Source: Amoebidium appalachense
Taxonomy: Eukaryota > Protista > Ichthyosporea
DNA: 64,000 bases
Direction: 5' to 3'
Assembly (NCBI GenBank): GCA_963693365.1
Contig: CAVNZM010000017.1
Span: forward strand, 5,198,708 to 5,262,707
Below the pieces are notes generated by a model, which worked only from the letters and a program-made list of their open reading frames with translations, was not told the DNA's origin and did not search any database. The translations under genes and the position numbers were made by a program. Shown one piece after another: positions 49,123-61,862 of the stretch (position 1 is the first letter of the stretch; each line of letters starts with the position of its first letter).

Positions 49123-50352
49123 ATGGGAGGGTGCTGCTGTAAACCGGAGGCGGATGATGCTCCCAACGAGACCACTCGGCTTTTGAAAGGTAACAAACAG
49201 GCTTCTGTGCTCCTACTTCCCCTTTCCATCTGGCTGATGTGTCTCATATTTTCTCTCTTGAGGTGGTGTTTGGCCACCAGTCCATTCTGTTCTGCACTTG
49301 CAAACTTCTCGCCTTCGTGTAACGTGTATACCTGTTCCGACGGGTTGCTTGTCTGTTTGTATGTATGTTCCCTGTTTCTTGAGCCTAAACGCTTCGTCAA
49401 ACGTTTTCATATTCATGAACAGGAGCCTGTTAGCCCCAGCACTCGTGACTTGTAGGCCGACACAAGAGTTCCTCAAAACACTATTTTTCTGAGCAAGCAT
49501 CCGTTCACGTACACACAGAGGGCACACTTGGCACCTGGAAGCAAGCAGTATAGTGCCAAGTTCCAGGGTTTGTGACTAGCTACCCCTTGCCCTAGCTGTC
49601 TTTTGATGCTAAAGTTGAGAAGGATTGAATTTTCACCTACGTGAAGACACGACAAGTGCATGTGCATGTGCTGTGTGTGTGCTTGTGAGCGGCCGGTGCG
49701 GGGGGGTGCGGGGGGAGAGGGGGAGGGTGGGGGTGGAGAACGAGAAGGAAGAGGGATGGGAAGGAAGGGAAGCTGAGGAGTACCGGAGCGGGAAGGGGGG
49801 AAGGGTTGCCCGTGTTGGCCGGCATATGCATACCATATCTCGTTTTCGTTCACTGCTTGCTCTGCTCTACCCCCCCCCCCCCTCCCCCTGCCCCGCCCCC
49901 CTCCCCCTCCCCGCCCCACACACACACGCTCCTCGTTCTCCCCTATCTCCTCCCTCTACCTTCCTCCTCCACCTCCGCACCCCCTCTTTCTTTAATCCAT
50001 CCATCGCATTTATTCTCCAACCTTAACGCTTTTCTCTTCCGCATGCACACAGACCAGCTGCCGCCACAGAGGGCAGCAAACGGACCCTCTGGGAGCGGGG
50101 CCCCGAGGGAGGCCCAACCCATGGACGAGTCGGCCATTTTGCAGACAATCTTAGATCATGCGGCTAAGTGTGTGCTCCTCATCTCCTCCCCTTTGTTGTG
50201 TAGTCCCCCTTTTCCTCATCCCCTCTTTCCCGTCGCTCCCTCCCCTTTTTCTTTCGGCTTAGGCGGCGCTCCCTCTCACCAGCTCTGTCCCAGTCCACTC
50301 TTTTACGAACACACTCAAGTTTACGGACGTGTGGGTCAACACGCATGCACAC

Positions 50353-50427
<75 letters not shown>

Positions 50428-50593
50428 TTCCTAATTTCTTAATTTTTTGGAGTCTCGCCCTGATACACCGGTTTGTACCCGCCCCCTTTTCACAAGGAGG
50501 AGAAGCTGTTTGTTAGGTGTTTTGCGGGGAATGAAGTATTGACAAAGGGCAGTGGTGGGGTGGAAATGGGAATGTAGATGAAGGTGGTGGTGG

Positions 50594-50654
<61 letters not shown>

Positions 50655-51564
50655 TGTGTGTGTCTGTGTGTGTGTGTGAGGGGGGGGGGGGATTTGTTGA
50701 TGGGGGGGGGGGGGGGGAGGGGGAGAGAGAAGAGAAGACATGTTGTGGAGGGTTTAAATGCATTATGGTAGAGGGACGGGGGAAAGGGAGGAGTTAGGGT
50801 GGGTGGGTTGGGGCCATGGGGATGTGTGTTTGTGTGTGGATGTCATGGCGAAGTGGGAGGGGGGGGGGGGGGGGAGGGAGGAGGTGGAAGGGGAAGGTGG
50901 GAGGGGTGTGTGTTTCGTGGTGTTGGTGGTTGGGGTAGGGGGTCGGAGGGGCACACAATGATGTAGGCAGAGGAGTGAACGGAAATGAAATATGATTGAG
51001 ATATGTGTGGGTGGCTGTTGTCGTGGGTTTCGAATTCAGGGGGGGCAGGGGCAGTTGGGGGTGAGGGGGTAGGAGGGGGGGGGGGGGGGGGGGGGGGGGT
51101 AAGGGGCGGAGGAGGGGGGAGGGGGGAAGGGGCGGAGGGGGGGGGGGGGGGGGGGGGGCTCTTGAAGGAGAAGGGGAAAGCTGAAAGCGAGTAAGAAGGA
51201 ATATGTGTAAAAATCGAGCTGGGGCAAGGGTCTTTGGGTGGGTGGGTTGGAGAGGATTTTGTGGTGTATGTGTATATGTGTGTGTGTTGCGGGGATGGGG
51301 GGAGCGAAAGGGGAGGGGAGGGAGGGAGGCGGGGATAGAGGGAGGGAAACTGGATAAGGGGAGCTGAGCGATAATGGGTGGGTAGGTGAGTGGTAGTGAG
51401 ATAGGCAAAGGGGCTGGGGGGGGGGGGGGGGAGGGGGAGGGGTTGAGGGAGAGGTTTTACCGGTGGGGGGGGGGGGGGGGGGGTTGATATGGCAAGGGAG
51501 CAGGAGGTGGAGTGTTCGGAGGTGACTGTTTGAGATACATGTTTGACGGATGTCAGGTCGTGAT

Positions 51565-51595
<31 letters not shown>

Positions 51596-51947
51596 GGGCA
51601 TGTGTGGAGGAAGATGTGTGTGTGCTCGTGGAGGGAAGGGTGTATGCATCCGTGCGCGCGCGCGCGCGCGCGCGCGCGTGTGTGTGTGTCTGTGTGTGTG
51701 TGTGTTTTCCTGTGTGTGAGAGTGTGGTGGTGGTGGGGGAGGGGGAGGAGCGAGAGAGAAGTAGGAAGGGGTGAGGGAGGGAGGGTGCTAGAGGAAGATT
51801 TTTAATTCTTCGAATTCTTAATAACACTCACTTTTTTTCCTCCCCCCTTTTTTTTCTTTTCCTTGCAGTGAGCTGATAGACGTAAACCGTGTGACGTCAG
51901 GCATCCAGTTGGGCAAGAGAGACTACGTGGAGAGGGAGATACAGTAC

Positions 51948-51983
<36 letters not shown>

Positions 51984-52304
51984 GCGTGTGCGTGTGCGTG
52001 TGCGTGTGCGTGGGCGTGTGCGTGTGCGTGTGCGTGCGCGTGCGCGTGCGCGTGTGCGTGTGCGTGTGAGAGAGGGGTGGAGGATGACGAGGAGGAGGGG
52101 AGGGAGGGAGGAATGGGTGGGCGGGTTGATGGCCCAGTGTGTGTGCCACAGTGTGTGGGTGGGTGGTCAAGTGGGTGGGTGTGTTTGCGCCTACGAGGGT
52201 GGGTTTGTGTGTGCCGGTTAGGGTGCATGTGCCTGTGTGGGAAGTGGGGTTGTAGGTATAAATGTGTGTGTTTCCTGAAAGCGTACATTTTTTTATTTTT
52301 TTCT

Positions 52305-52341
<37 letters not shown>

Positions 52342-52529
52342 TGGGGATGGGGGGATGGAGCTGTGTATGTGTGTTTTTCTTTCTTTCTCTCTTTATCTCT
52401 TTCTTTTTCTTTTTTTTTTTTTTTCTTTGGGGGGGGGGGTGGAAGTGTTGTGTGCATTGGTAGTTGGGAGGGAGGACGGATGTTGGGAGGGAGGACGGAT
52501 GAGCGCCAAGATGGGGAGTTACAGTATCT

Positions 52530-52560
<31 letters not shown>

Positions 52561-52936
52561 TCTCTATCTCTGTCATCCCCCTCTCGCCCCACTTCCTCCC
52601 TGTCTTTCTCTCGTAACAAGCATTTTTTTTGGTGTTTTCCTAACATAGATTCCCTTGAACGTATCACCCATGTATTACGCCTTTCCAATATCTGGTACCT
52701 TCCTAACATGGCAATTTCCTTTTTTAGGCAAACGCTCAACCAACAGACCAACACACGTGGTCAGAGGCCCACTGGCCGCACGACCCTCCCTGTTCTTTCA
52801 TCGGCCACAAAGGAGACTGACAGTCTGGTTTTGCTGTTGTCGCAGAGCCCACACCTGGCTCAGAATACATCGCTGGTACGGCTCACAACATACAAACACA
52901 CACATGCTCTCTTACTCTCTCTCTCTCTCTTGTGTT

Positions 52937-53019
<83 letters not shown>

Positions 53020-53634
53020 TACACGTCTCTCTCCCCCCCCCCCCCCCCCCCCTTTCCCCCCACTCTCTCTCGATCTCTCGCTCTCACCCCCCACCCCCCC
53101 GTCCCTCTTTCCCCTCCCCCCTCTCTCTCCCCCTCTCTCTCTCTCGCGTGGTGGTGGTGTGTGGTAGTGGGAGGGAGGCGGGGAGGGGGGAGGGGGGGAG
53201 GTGGACTGCTCCACAAAAGATAGCAAAAAGAAGATGAGAGCCCAAGTTTTGCTGTTTGGTTTCTTGTGAGCATCACAAACCGAGCCCTGTGCCGAGCTGA
53301 CCCGTGCCTCTTTCTCCACGCTCCACACTCCACATGCATACAGATGATACACTAACAATCCTCTGATCCTTTTTAATATTACTTGTCCCGCACATACACA
53401 CATGGCCATATACACATACCCATCCACGCATACGCAATAACCGCGTGCACACGAACACACACACACAGACACGTACACGTACACGTACACGTACACACAC
53501 AAACTCACACAGACACAGACACACACACACACACACACACACATACACACATACACACACACATCATGCGCACGCACACACGCGCACACACACATACACA
53601 CACACACACACATCATACGCACGCACCCCCGCAC

Positions 53635-53665
<31 letters not shown>

Positions 53666-53830
53666 ACGCACGCACACACACGTACACACAAATGTACACA
53701 CGTACACATACACGTACACACACAGCTCAACTATGGGCTAGATGGTGCCGTGAGTGCCGTCACCTCCATCACCGTCCAGCCGGTGGGCGAATTCGTCGTC
53801 AAGCTGGAGCCCCTCCACCAGCCCTCATAG
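49123..53830 (+). CDS. LAMTOR1: Ragulator complex subunit LAMTOR1/p18 (171 aa, 5 exons)
   Basis: Exons 49123-49189, 50053-50167, 51869-51949, 52728-52875 and 53726-53830 join in frame. N-terminal MGGCCC acylation motif and ETTRLL dileucine signal. Core DESAILQTILDHAANELIDV...DYVEREIQYR and C-terminal SAVTSITVQPVGEFVVKL match the LAMTOR1 layout. Confidence 0.88.
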
Positions 53831-53988
53831 GCAATGGCCTATATTTAGCACTTTTGGCGCCATTTTCAACGCTTTTGGTGCTGTCAATTGATTGTTTGTA
53901 TGTGTGGATTGTAGTTAAGCTGGGCTCGGGTGGCGTATTTTTTTTTTTCTTTTTGTTTTTGTTTTTGTTTTTTGGGTGTGTGTGTGTG

Positions 53989-54036
<48 letters not shown>

Positions 54037-54591
54037 GTTTGGGGTTGTGTGTTTTGTGAACGTTTATTGTGTGTTGATGTGTGTACATGTGGATATGTGG
54101 TGATAAGGGGTTTAAGAAATGCACACGGTATTTATCAACAATTTTAAAAGGCAAAGCATCAACAAAGGTGTCTGAAAACTTGGCTGGGTGTGTGTTGGGG
54201 TGTTGTCTATTAACCTACAAATCATACAATATCGTTGAATCCATCCCTTTCCCAATCCAACAAAAAACAAAAAAAGGAACTTCGGAGTTTCTGGGGGTTG
54301 GGTTTTCAACTTGTGAGACTGCTCGGGAGAGGGATTCCATGCTTTTTGCAAATTTGTTTTGTTTCCCAAAGTTGCTGCTCTCTTTCTATTTGTCCTTTTT
54401 TAAGCATTGTGTACATAGCTGTATTACTGCTGCCTGTAACGGGGTGGGGCCTTAGTTAAAGGTAGCATGGTTGCGCCCCTTTGTCTACTCTGGCTATGGT
54501 CGATAAAATCAGAAGGGCCTAAGGAACACTGGATTTCGCACTGTGAGCAGCAACCCCCCTCCCCCCCCCTCCCCCCCCCCCCCCCCCTTCA

Positions 54592-54661
<70 letters not shown>

Positions 54662-55773
54662 ACGCACGAGTGCGCACACCTTGTATATACAGCGCTTGGT
54701 GCCGCGATATCCGGCCATACATGCAGGCAAGAACACCAGCGGTACGTTTTGTGACAACTTCATTGCCAAACTTGAAGTTGTGCTTGCAAGTGTGCATCCC
54801 TTGTATTTGATTTCGAACTCCTAGCCTTCCAATTGGTGGTGAGGGGTTCCGGAAGGAATTCATATTTACCCATGCATGTGCACATACTATCGGTGATGTT
54901 GGGGATATTCGGTTGTGGCCATGTTTTTGCGCGAGAGAGCGCTAGCCGTAAGTATGCACCTATACATGTTGCACTACTTCATCTTCTCACGGCTCTAAGC
55001 GACGAGGCATGTGATATGCCCATGCGTGATGCTTGAAGTGGACACACTAAAAAGTGCCCTTGCTTCCTGTGCAGGCAACACGTCCATCACTGCAAGCCGC
55101 AATTAGAAATTTTTCAGCTAATGATTTTCTTTCCTGTTTATTCTTTGTCCAAAAACATACACCCATGCATCCGCAATATCCGGAATTCTTCAAATATGTA
55201 TGTAGAACTGGATTATCTCAGCGGCTTATTTATTTGCTGCTCCTTTATGGTTGTCCAAATAAGGCAACTGTCCAAATATGGTGATGTTTCAGATTTACAT
55301 TACAAAACACGATGTCGAGCTGGGCCAGCCAGCACCTTCGTGATGTGGAAAAAAATAGTTCGTTTACAGAGGGAGTGGGTCATCATCGAGCCACGCCAAC
55401 TTAACAAACAAATGTTTACACGTGCTTCGAGCCACGCCAACTTAACAAACAAACGTTTACACGTGCTTACGTTATTATGGGTGCACACATCTGTAAGGTT
55501 GGTGTAACAGGTGTAATCTGCATTCGCGTGGTGATTGCTCACTTATAAAGAACAGCTATTACACATAATGATCTTTTTTCTATACAACACACAACTTCCT
55601 CTATACATTCATTCATAAAAAAGTTATTACGTTAATCCCATACATGTGCGCATCCCACCACGAACCTATCAAGCTTTCATATTACCGTACTGCAGGCACA
55701 CATGCCTCAGATGTCATCCATGCCACAACCAACCAAAACTTCAGAAAATCGCTGAACCTGCAACGACCCCCTT

Positions 55774-56577
55774 CTAACTCCTATCAACCACAGCCGTGTC
55801 AGAAAGTCCCCTCCTCTGGCCCATGTTCTTTAACCTCTTAAAGAATTGGACCACCCTCGACCTCTTCTTATTCTGCCCCCACTCCACCAGCACCCCATCC
55901 GAAGAAGTCGACCACGAGCTCGACCTCGGACGACACACGCCCACCTCCGCATCCGATGCTTCCTCAATTTTGGCAATTCCAGACGTTGGCTCTGACGTCC
56001 TGCGAGGCAACATGCTCACATCCAAAGGTATGCTGGCCTTTCTGGACAGAATGCTATTGGAACTTGCCCGAAAAAACCCAGTGTTCGTGTCCGTAGGCGT
56101 GCTGCTTTTTCGCAAAAGTGCACTATTGGAGCTGACGCGGAAAATACCAGCGCTCAAGGTGGCATTACCACTGCTAATGGCTGGTGCGTAGCTCGTTATG
56201 GAGAGGGTCTTCCGAAGGGCTGCAGCGGGCTTTTGGCTTGGTTGTGAAGGCTCTTCAGCTGATGTTTCGCGCGTGGGAAGAGCAGACCCCTTCTCTTCTT
56301 TTTCCGCTGACTTTCCTGCTGCCGGTGTACACTTGTTCGTGGTTGACTGTTGTGCCATGTTCATGTTGGCTTTGGTTGTGCTAATCGCGAGGGTCACCAT
56401 CAGACCGCCGAAAAGACACACAACTATGTATATGGACAAAGGGTAAACGGTCACTTGGGTCATCTCGTAAACGAGAAGACTCATGTAGCCGACCGACCCG
56501 AGGTGAAAGGCTGTCTCTTGCCAACCGCCTTTAAGGCTCCCAAATGAGTTGGTTGCCTGTGAGGGTAGAGTTGTCAT
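55774..56577 (-). CDS. Intronless hypothetical membrane protein (267 aa)
   Basis: Clean ORF with two N-terminal hydrophobic segments and a Ser/Arg-rich tail containing a duplicated ~23-aa motif. TATAAATA (minus strand) near 56641-56648. Confidence 0.6.
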   Translation of the reverse strand: MTTLPSQATNSFGSLKGGWQETAFHLGSVGYMSLLVYEMTQVTVYPLSIYIVVCLFGGLMVTLAISTTKANMNMAQQSTTNKCTPAAGKSAEKEEKGSALPTRETSAEEPSQPSQKPAAALRKTLSITSYAPAISSGNATLSAGIFRVSSNSALLRKSSTPTDTNTGFFRASSNSILSRKASIPLDVSMLPRRTSEPTSGIAKIEEASDAEVGVCRPRSSSWSTSSDGVLVEWGQNKKRSRVVQFFKRLKNMGQRRGLSDTAVVDRS

Positions 56578-58599
56578 TTTGGTTGTTTAAACGTGTTTTT
56601 TTTCTGAACACTTAGCAACTAATATACAAGGAGAGAGGTGTATTTATAAGACATGTAATTATAACGACCCCAAACCTAGATGTTAAAGTAGTTGGCACCA
56701 GTATATAAACTAACATAATGGCAGCTCGTTTCGCCCACTCCATATACATAGACCAGAGATAGATGGCAACCCTGAGGAAACAACTTGTGTTTTTTCTCGT
56801 TCAAGCCAAAATATGCCAGTTGCCAAAACTTCGCAGAAAGTGACCTGTCTCTAGCCCCGCATCACAGACTGCATAAATCTCAGGAAAGAGCTTTTATACT
56901 TGGTCAACACAACTTTCCAGGCCATGGGAATGCTGAGTCTGCTGACGTAATTAATTGATTCTGATTGGCTTCTCTCCGGACAAATAAAACCCTCACAAAG
57001 ATATCGAGCAAACATTTCACTTGTCGGTGTAAAAACTATATGGCTTTCAAGTATAGCTCATTGGGGAAAAGGGCGTCTAGTTTTGGGTATTTGACATATC
57101 TAAAGTTTTAAGTAATGCATAAGTAGCGTAACGGAGTACTTTTTAGACCTTTAGAAGGTGCTTTCTTAAAGTTTTTCTATAAAAAATTAAAAAAAAATTT
57201 AGAGCCAAGCATACGCCCCACGGCGGGGGTTTAGAAAGAAGTACAGAATGCATGGTATAGGCCCGTTTTGATTGGAGCTTTGAGCTTGCTTAGATTCCAA
57301 GCGCAGGACCGCACGCGCGGCCAAATGTTGGCGAAAATTCGTCCGTAAATATGTATTTTTGGATCAGGTTGTCTCAAGAATAAATGCGTGACATTAGCTT
57401 CATGTTTTTCTTCAGTTTTTTTTATTTAAAGTATCTGTTTAGTTTCTCAGATCCTATAATCATCTTTGTGCACGTGTTTATATCTTTTACCTTTAGCCTA
57501 GGCTTGTGCGCTTTGTTATAGACCATTTGCGGTGACATGGGCTTTATTAAATTGTCTTCAGGTTATTTATCTACCTACCTTAACAAATTATTTTTGCTCG
57601 AGTAAGTTGGCTAGAGGCTCTACAGAGAATGAGTCAGATGTGCGGCATAGATTGCGCATTACGCAATGCGCCATTCACATTTTTTCAAATCAAAAGAAAA
57701 AGTTTGCACAGCAAAGTAAAAATTGGTTTCCAAGAAGAGTTGAAAGTAGACATTTATTCTGGCATATAACTTGCTCCCTCCTTATCTATTATTTGATTGT
57801 TCGTTATTCTTTCACAAACGGCCGCGCAGGCGCGGATGCACTGCGGCATATCAGTGGCATGCATAGTGACAAAGGAATGCAGGAAAGTATATAAAATTGG
57901 TTTATGATCCGCGCTTGAGCTAGCCATGAAGCCATGGATATCATTGGCAGCTCATGACATGAATTGTCACAGTGCACATGAGTAAATGAGGAATGATGAA
58001 AAGACCTGCAGAGAGAACGGAAACCACATGTACAGTACATACACATTACGCAGCACAATTGGAGATCTAGACAGTCTTTATTATCCGCCGTGCGACAGTC
58101 GCGGCTCGACGGCTGGCAGCACAGTCACGGGGCGGGCCGGAATCGGGCGGCCGTGAATCTTAGTAGTGGGCTTGGAATCCAATTCTCAAGTGGGAGTCAG
58201 GCCCACGCGGACTCACGCCCCAGAGGAGTCATGCGATGTCGTACACCGAGCATTTGGTGGCCAATCTGTCGCTTGTGCCTATTTTTTGTAGGTTGGAAGG
58301 TTTTTACACACTTTATTATGCTTATAGATGGATATTTTTCACTCATTTTGCTCAATCTAATGCTTATAGTAATAATTCGTGCCGACAGAGTATACCTATT
58401 TGTAAAGCTGCGCTGGGCGGCCGCCGGCACCGTGGCACACACCGATTAGTTGTTGGGCCAGTTAATCTGACCGAAGATCTAAGGTCTTGCAGTATCATTG
58501 GCTGTAGATTGGCATCTTGGAGATCTTCAACTCGACGATTGGGTAATATTACTACCGGGCTGGCGGTAGATCAGATCCGTCTCCATGGGACGTCCCAGA

Positions 58600-58905
58600 T
58601 GTCGAACAGGATAGCCATCCGGTATGCCCTGCGTTAGCGTAGCACTAGTGATCGGGAATATTCGAGATATTCGGGATAAACTGGTGGATAGGTTCACGAT
58701 AGATCAGGATAGATCTAAAGGAGTCTAGAAGATTCTGTTGGAGTGTTCTGATTGGTAGCGACTAGATCCATAGCGGCGGGTAGACCAATCGGGAATAGTA
58801 TGTAACATTCCAGTGAGCCAGACCACAAGTATATAAAGGTCCCGGTGGGCCAGTCAATGTAAGTCAGCAAATAATAAAGTCTCACAGAGAAACCTCTAAG
58901 TTACG
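58600..58905 (+). repeat. 5' LTR of copia element
   Basis: Direct repeat of 61863-62168. Contains CCAAT, TATATAAA and AATAAA. Confidence 0.95.
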
Positions 58906-58952
58906 GTTACGGACCCAGTACAACGCTACGATCAAGCGACTGTTGAGACAAG

Positions 58953-61622
58953 ATGGGAAGAGCAAAATGTCCAGTTCCCATGTATGAAGGAGAAGGCAAG
59001 GGCAAAATCTCCTACTCAATGTGGGCCATGCGCATGAAGTGCTTCCTCGAGGGCGAGGAATTATGGTACACGATTGAAGACGTGGCTCCTGAAGTGATAG
59101 GAGAGGACGGCGAACCGGTGGAGCAACCTCCGGTGGAGATCGACCCCTTGGATCAGAAGAAGGCGACTTCCTACCTGGTGGAGACACTAGGTGATGTACC
59201 TGCAAGCCTGTGTCGGCGAGCTATTGCCGTAGGAAATCCCAAGGACATATGGGATACGGTAGCATCATACGCTGCGCGCAACACAGATGAGCACAAGAGA
59301 ATGTTGATTCAACAGTTCTGGCGTGCTGATATGATGCCGACGGAAAGCGTGCTGGAGTATGCGGCCCGCCTGGAGTGCATTGTGCAGGATCTTCTTCATA
59401 TCGATCCCAATGGAGTTAGTGAGGACATGGTTGCCGAGAAATTCCTGGACGGTGTAGGCGCTGACGACCGATTCCGCACCGACGTTAGGACCATTCAAGC
59501 TTTACCAGCAGCTGAGAAGACAATGGAAAAGATAATCGCCAAGCTGCGTGGTTTTGAGGAGAACGAGGCTGCAAGGGAGCAGCAGCGGGTGATGATGACC
59601 AGCACCCAAGGGCGCGGCGGTACGCCACGACAGGACACCGGCAAGCCGCGCGTGACTGACATATCCAAGGTGGAGTGTTACAAATGTCACAAGTTTGGGC
59701 ACTACAAGTCACAGTGTCCAAAGAAGAAGAAGGGCGGCAATCGCGGCGACAAGGCGAAGCAGAACGGAGCTTCCAAGGAGATACTCGCCATGGCGGTAAA
59801 CAGCGGACTCCCTTCTTCAACTGAGTGGTATTGGGACTGCGGCGCAACCTCCCATGTCACATGCCGAAAGGACTGGATGGAAGACTTCCGCTCGATCACA
59901 CCCAAACCCGTCGCTCTGGGTAACACCCCGGGTGTGATGGCGCTAGGAATAGGCGTCGTAAGATTAACAAGTGAGTTCCAGGGCAACAGCATGACATTTA
60001 GACTGCAGAATGTGCTGTACGTGCCAGCATTTGGAACTAACGTGATGTCGGCTTCAAGCGCCGGCAAGCACGGGTTAAGAGGCATCACCGACGGTCGACA
60101 GTGTACGATTGAGAGTGCCACAGATGGCCAAGTTGTGGCCCGTGGGGTAGTGGAGGGAGGCCTGTATCGTCTCCTAGTGAAACCCGTATGTGAGAGCGTG
60201 AACATGGTGACCACTGCAGTCGGCAGCAGTGGGGGTAACACCGTGTGTGAGCCGGTAAAGGGCAGCGCCAGTTTATGGCACCGGCGGTTTGGTCATGTGG
60301 CAATAAACACGCTACAGAAGATGGTTAAAGAAAACATCGTCGAGGGTCTGTGCATCGACTGCAAACCCCAGGATGACGGTGTGTGCGAGGGATGCGCGAG
60401 AGGGAAGCAAGCCCGGCTCTCTTTCAGTAAGCTACCCCGCAAGACAGCGCCAGCGAAGCTCGACAGAGTTCATTCTGATGTGGCAGGACCGTTCAACAAG
60501 GAGTCGCTGCAAGGTTCCAAGTATTATGTCACCTTCATCGACGACAAGACAAGGTTCACTACGGTGTACTTCATGAAACATAAATCCCAAGTGCATACTT
60601 ACTTCAAGAAGTACAAGGCACACGTAGAGAAGCAACACGGTGCCAGCATCAAGATTCTGCGTTCCGACAACGGGGGTGAGTACACCTCCACTGAGTTCAA
60701 GTCGTTCCTGGAAGCATGCGGCATTGAACATGAGGCGACAGTCCCTTACACACCAGAGCAGAATGGTGTAGCAGAGAGGGCTAACAGGACCATTGTCGAG
60801 ACGGCGCGCTGCATGCTGCAGTCAGCAGGCATGAGTATGGGGTTCTGGCAGCTAGCAGTACAGGCAGCTGTGTACATCAAGAACCTGACGCCAACCACAG
60901 TACTGGGTGGCATGACACCTTGGGAGGCATGGTATGGAGAGAAGCCCGATGTTAGCCATCTACGTGTATTTGGTAGCAAGGCATTTGTCCATGTGCCGAA
61001 GGACGAGCGCAGGAAGCTAGACGCCAAGAGTCGGGAGTGTAAATTCGTCGGCTACACAGGTGACAGCAAGACGTACTTGTTGTGGGACACCGAGGCGCGC
61101 AAGACTATCGTCGGGCGAGATGTGGTGATCGATGAATCATGCACCCCAAAGGCCGGTATTCCGGTGGTGCAAGATGAGCCAATGGAATTGCTGATGCATA
61201 AGCCAATCGGAAATCAGCAGAGCTTGGAATCGAGGAATCCAATCAGCGTCAAGAAGCAACATTCCTTTCGGAAGCCTGCAATCGGCACTGACAGTGGATA
61301 TGATTCAGATGCTATCGGCGACGGCGCGGGCGAGGACAGCGGCGATTCGGACGCGGCAGGGTCAGGAGACGAGGAAGATAGTGCAGAGTTGCAGGTTGCA
61401 ACCAGAAGTGCCTATCCGTCCATGACTACAAGGCGCGGTGGGACCTACGGCATCAACGCAGGTGTAGTAGAGTACCGCGACAGTATCAGCATGGCAATTG
61501 AGAGTGCTGATAGCAATGAGGATGACCCTGTGACACTGGAAGAAGCAATCTCCAGGCCAGCATCAAACACATCGACGTTCAGTACCACTACACCCGTGTG
61601 TGTGTGGAGAATGGGGATGTAG
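58953..61622 (+). CDS. Copia gag-protease-integrase polyprotein (889 aa), truncated before RT
   Basis: Zinc knuckle CYKCHKFGHYKSQC, protease WYWDCGATSHVT, GAG-pre-integrase LWHRRFGH and CEGC. Integrase VHSDVAGP / LRSDNGGEY / TPEQNGVAERANRT. Homology ends at DPVTLEEAISRP. Confidence 0.95.
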   Translation: MGRAKCPVPMYEGEGKGKISYSMWAMRMKCFLEGEELWYTIEDVAPEVIGEDGEPVEQPPVEIDPLDQKKATSYLVETLGDVPASLCRRAIAVGNPKDIWDTVASYAARNTDEHKRMLIQQFWRADMMPTESVLEYAARLECIVQDLLHIDPNGVSEDMVAEKFLDGVGADDRFRTDVRTIQALPAAEKTMEKIIAKLRGFEENEAAREQQRVMMTSTQGRGGTPRQDTGKPRVTDISKVECYKCHKFGHYKSQCPKKKKGGNRGDKAKQNGASKEILAMAVNSGLPSSTEWYWDCGATSHVTCRKDWMEDFRSITPKPVALGNTPGVMALGIGVVRLTSEFQGNSMTFRLQNVLYVPAFGTNVMSASSAGKHGLRGITDGRQCTIESATDGQVVARGVVEGGLYRLLVKPVCESVNMVTTAVGSSGGNTVCEPVKGSASLWHRRFGHVAINTLQKMVKENIVEGLCIDCKPQDDGVCEGCARGKQARLSFSKLPRKTAPAKLDRVHSDVAGPFNKESLQGSKYYVTFIDDKTRFTTVYFMKHKSQVHTYFKKYKAHVEKQHGASIKILRSDNGGEYTSTEFKSFLEACGIEHEATVPYTPEQNGVAERANRTIVETARCMLQSAGMSMGFWQLAVQAAVYIKNLTPTTVLGGMTPWEAWYGEKPDVSHLRVFGSKAFVHVPKDERRKLDAKSRECKFVGYTGDSKTYLLWDTEARKTIVGRDVVIDESCTPKAGIPVVQDEPMELLMHKPIGNQQSLESRNPISVKKQHSFRKPAIGTDSGYDSDAIGDGAGEDSGDSDAAGSGDEEDSAELQVATRSAYPSMTTRRGGTYGINAGVVEYRDSISMAIESADSNEDDPVTLEEAISRPASNTSTFSTTTPVCVWRMGM

Positions 61623-61729
61623 AACTTGTGTATTGCAGCACGAACAGTAACGTGGCCGACATGTGCACCAAAGCTTTAGGGAGACTTAAGTTAGTGCAGC
61701 ATCGGCAGGCCATCGGCATGGCTGAGTAA
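61559..61729 (+). pseudogene. Out-of-frame C-terminal remnant of copia RNase H
   Basis: An alternative frame reads SIKHIDVQYHYTRVCVENGDVELVYCSTNSNVADMCTKALG...*, the KHID...ADxxTK end of copia RNase H. Confidence 0.9.
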
Positions 61730-61862
61730 GAACTACAATTAGTGTAGTGTTAATGTTCGTGTAGTAGGTGTTATATGTGTTAGTATAGTAGCATAGTTTT
61801 AGAGTTGCATCTTAGGTTTAGGTTGCATGCGGTAGATAGATAGAACACAGTGCAAGTGGGGG

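Noticed and set aside
56763-56774. hAT-like end CAGGGTTGCCA on the minus strand
   Set aside because: No matching opposite end or TSD was found.
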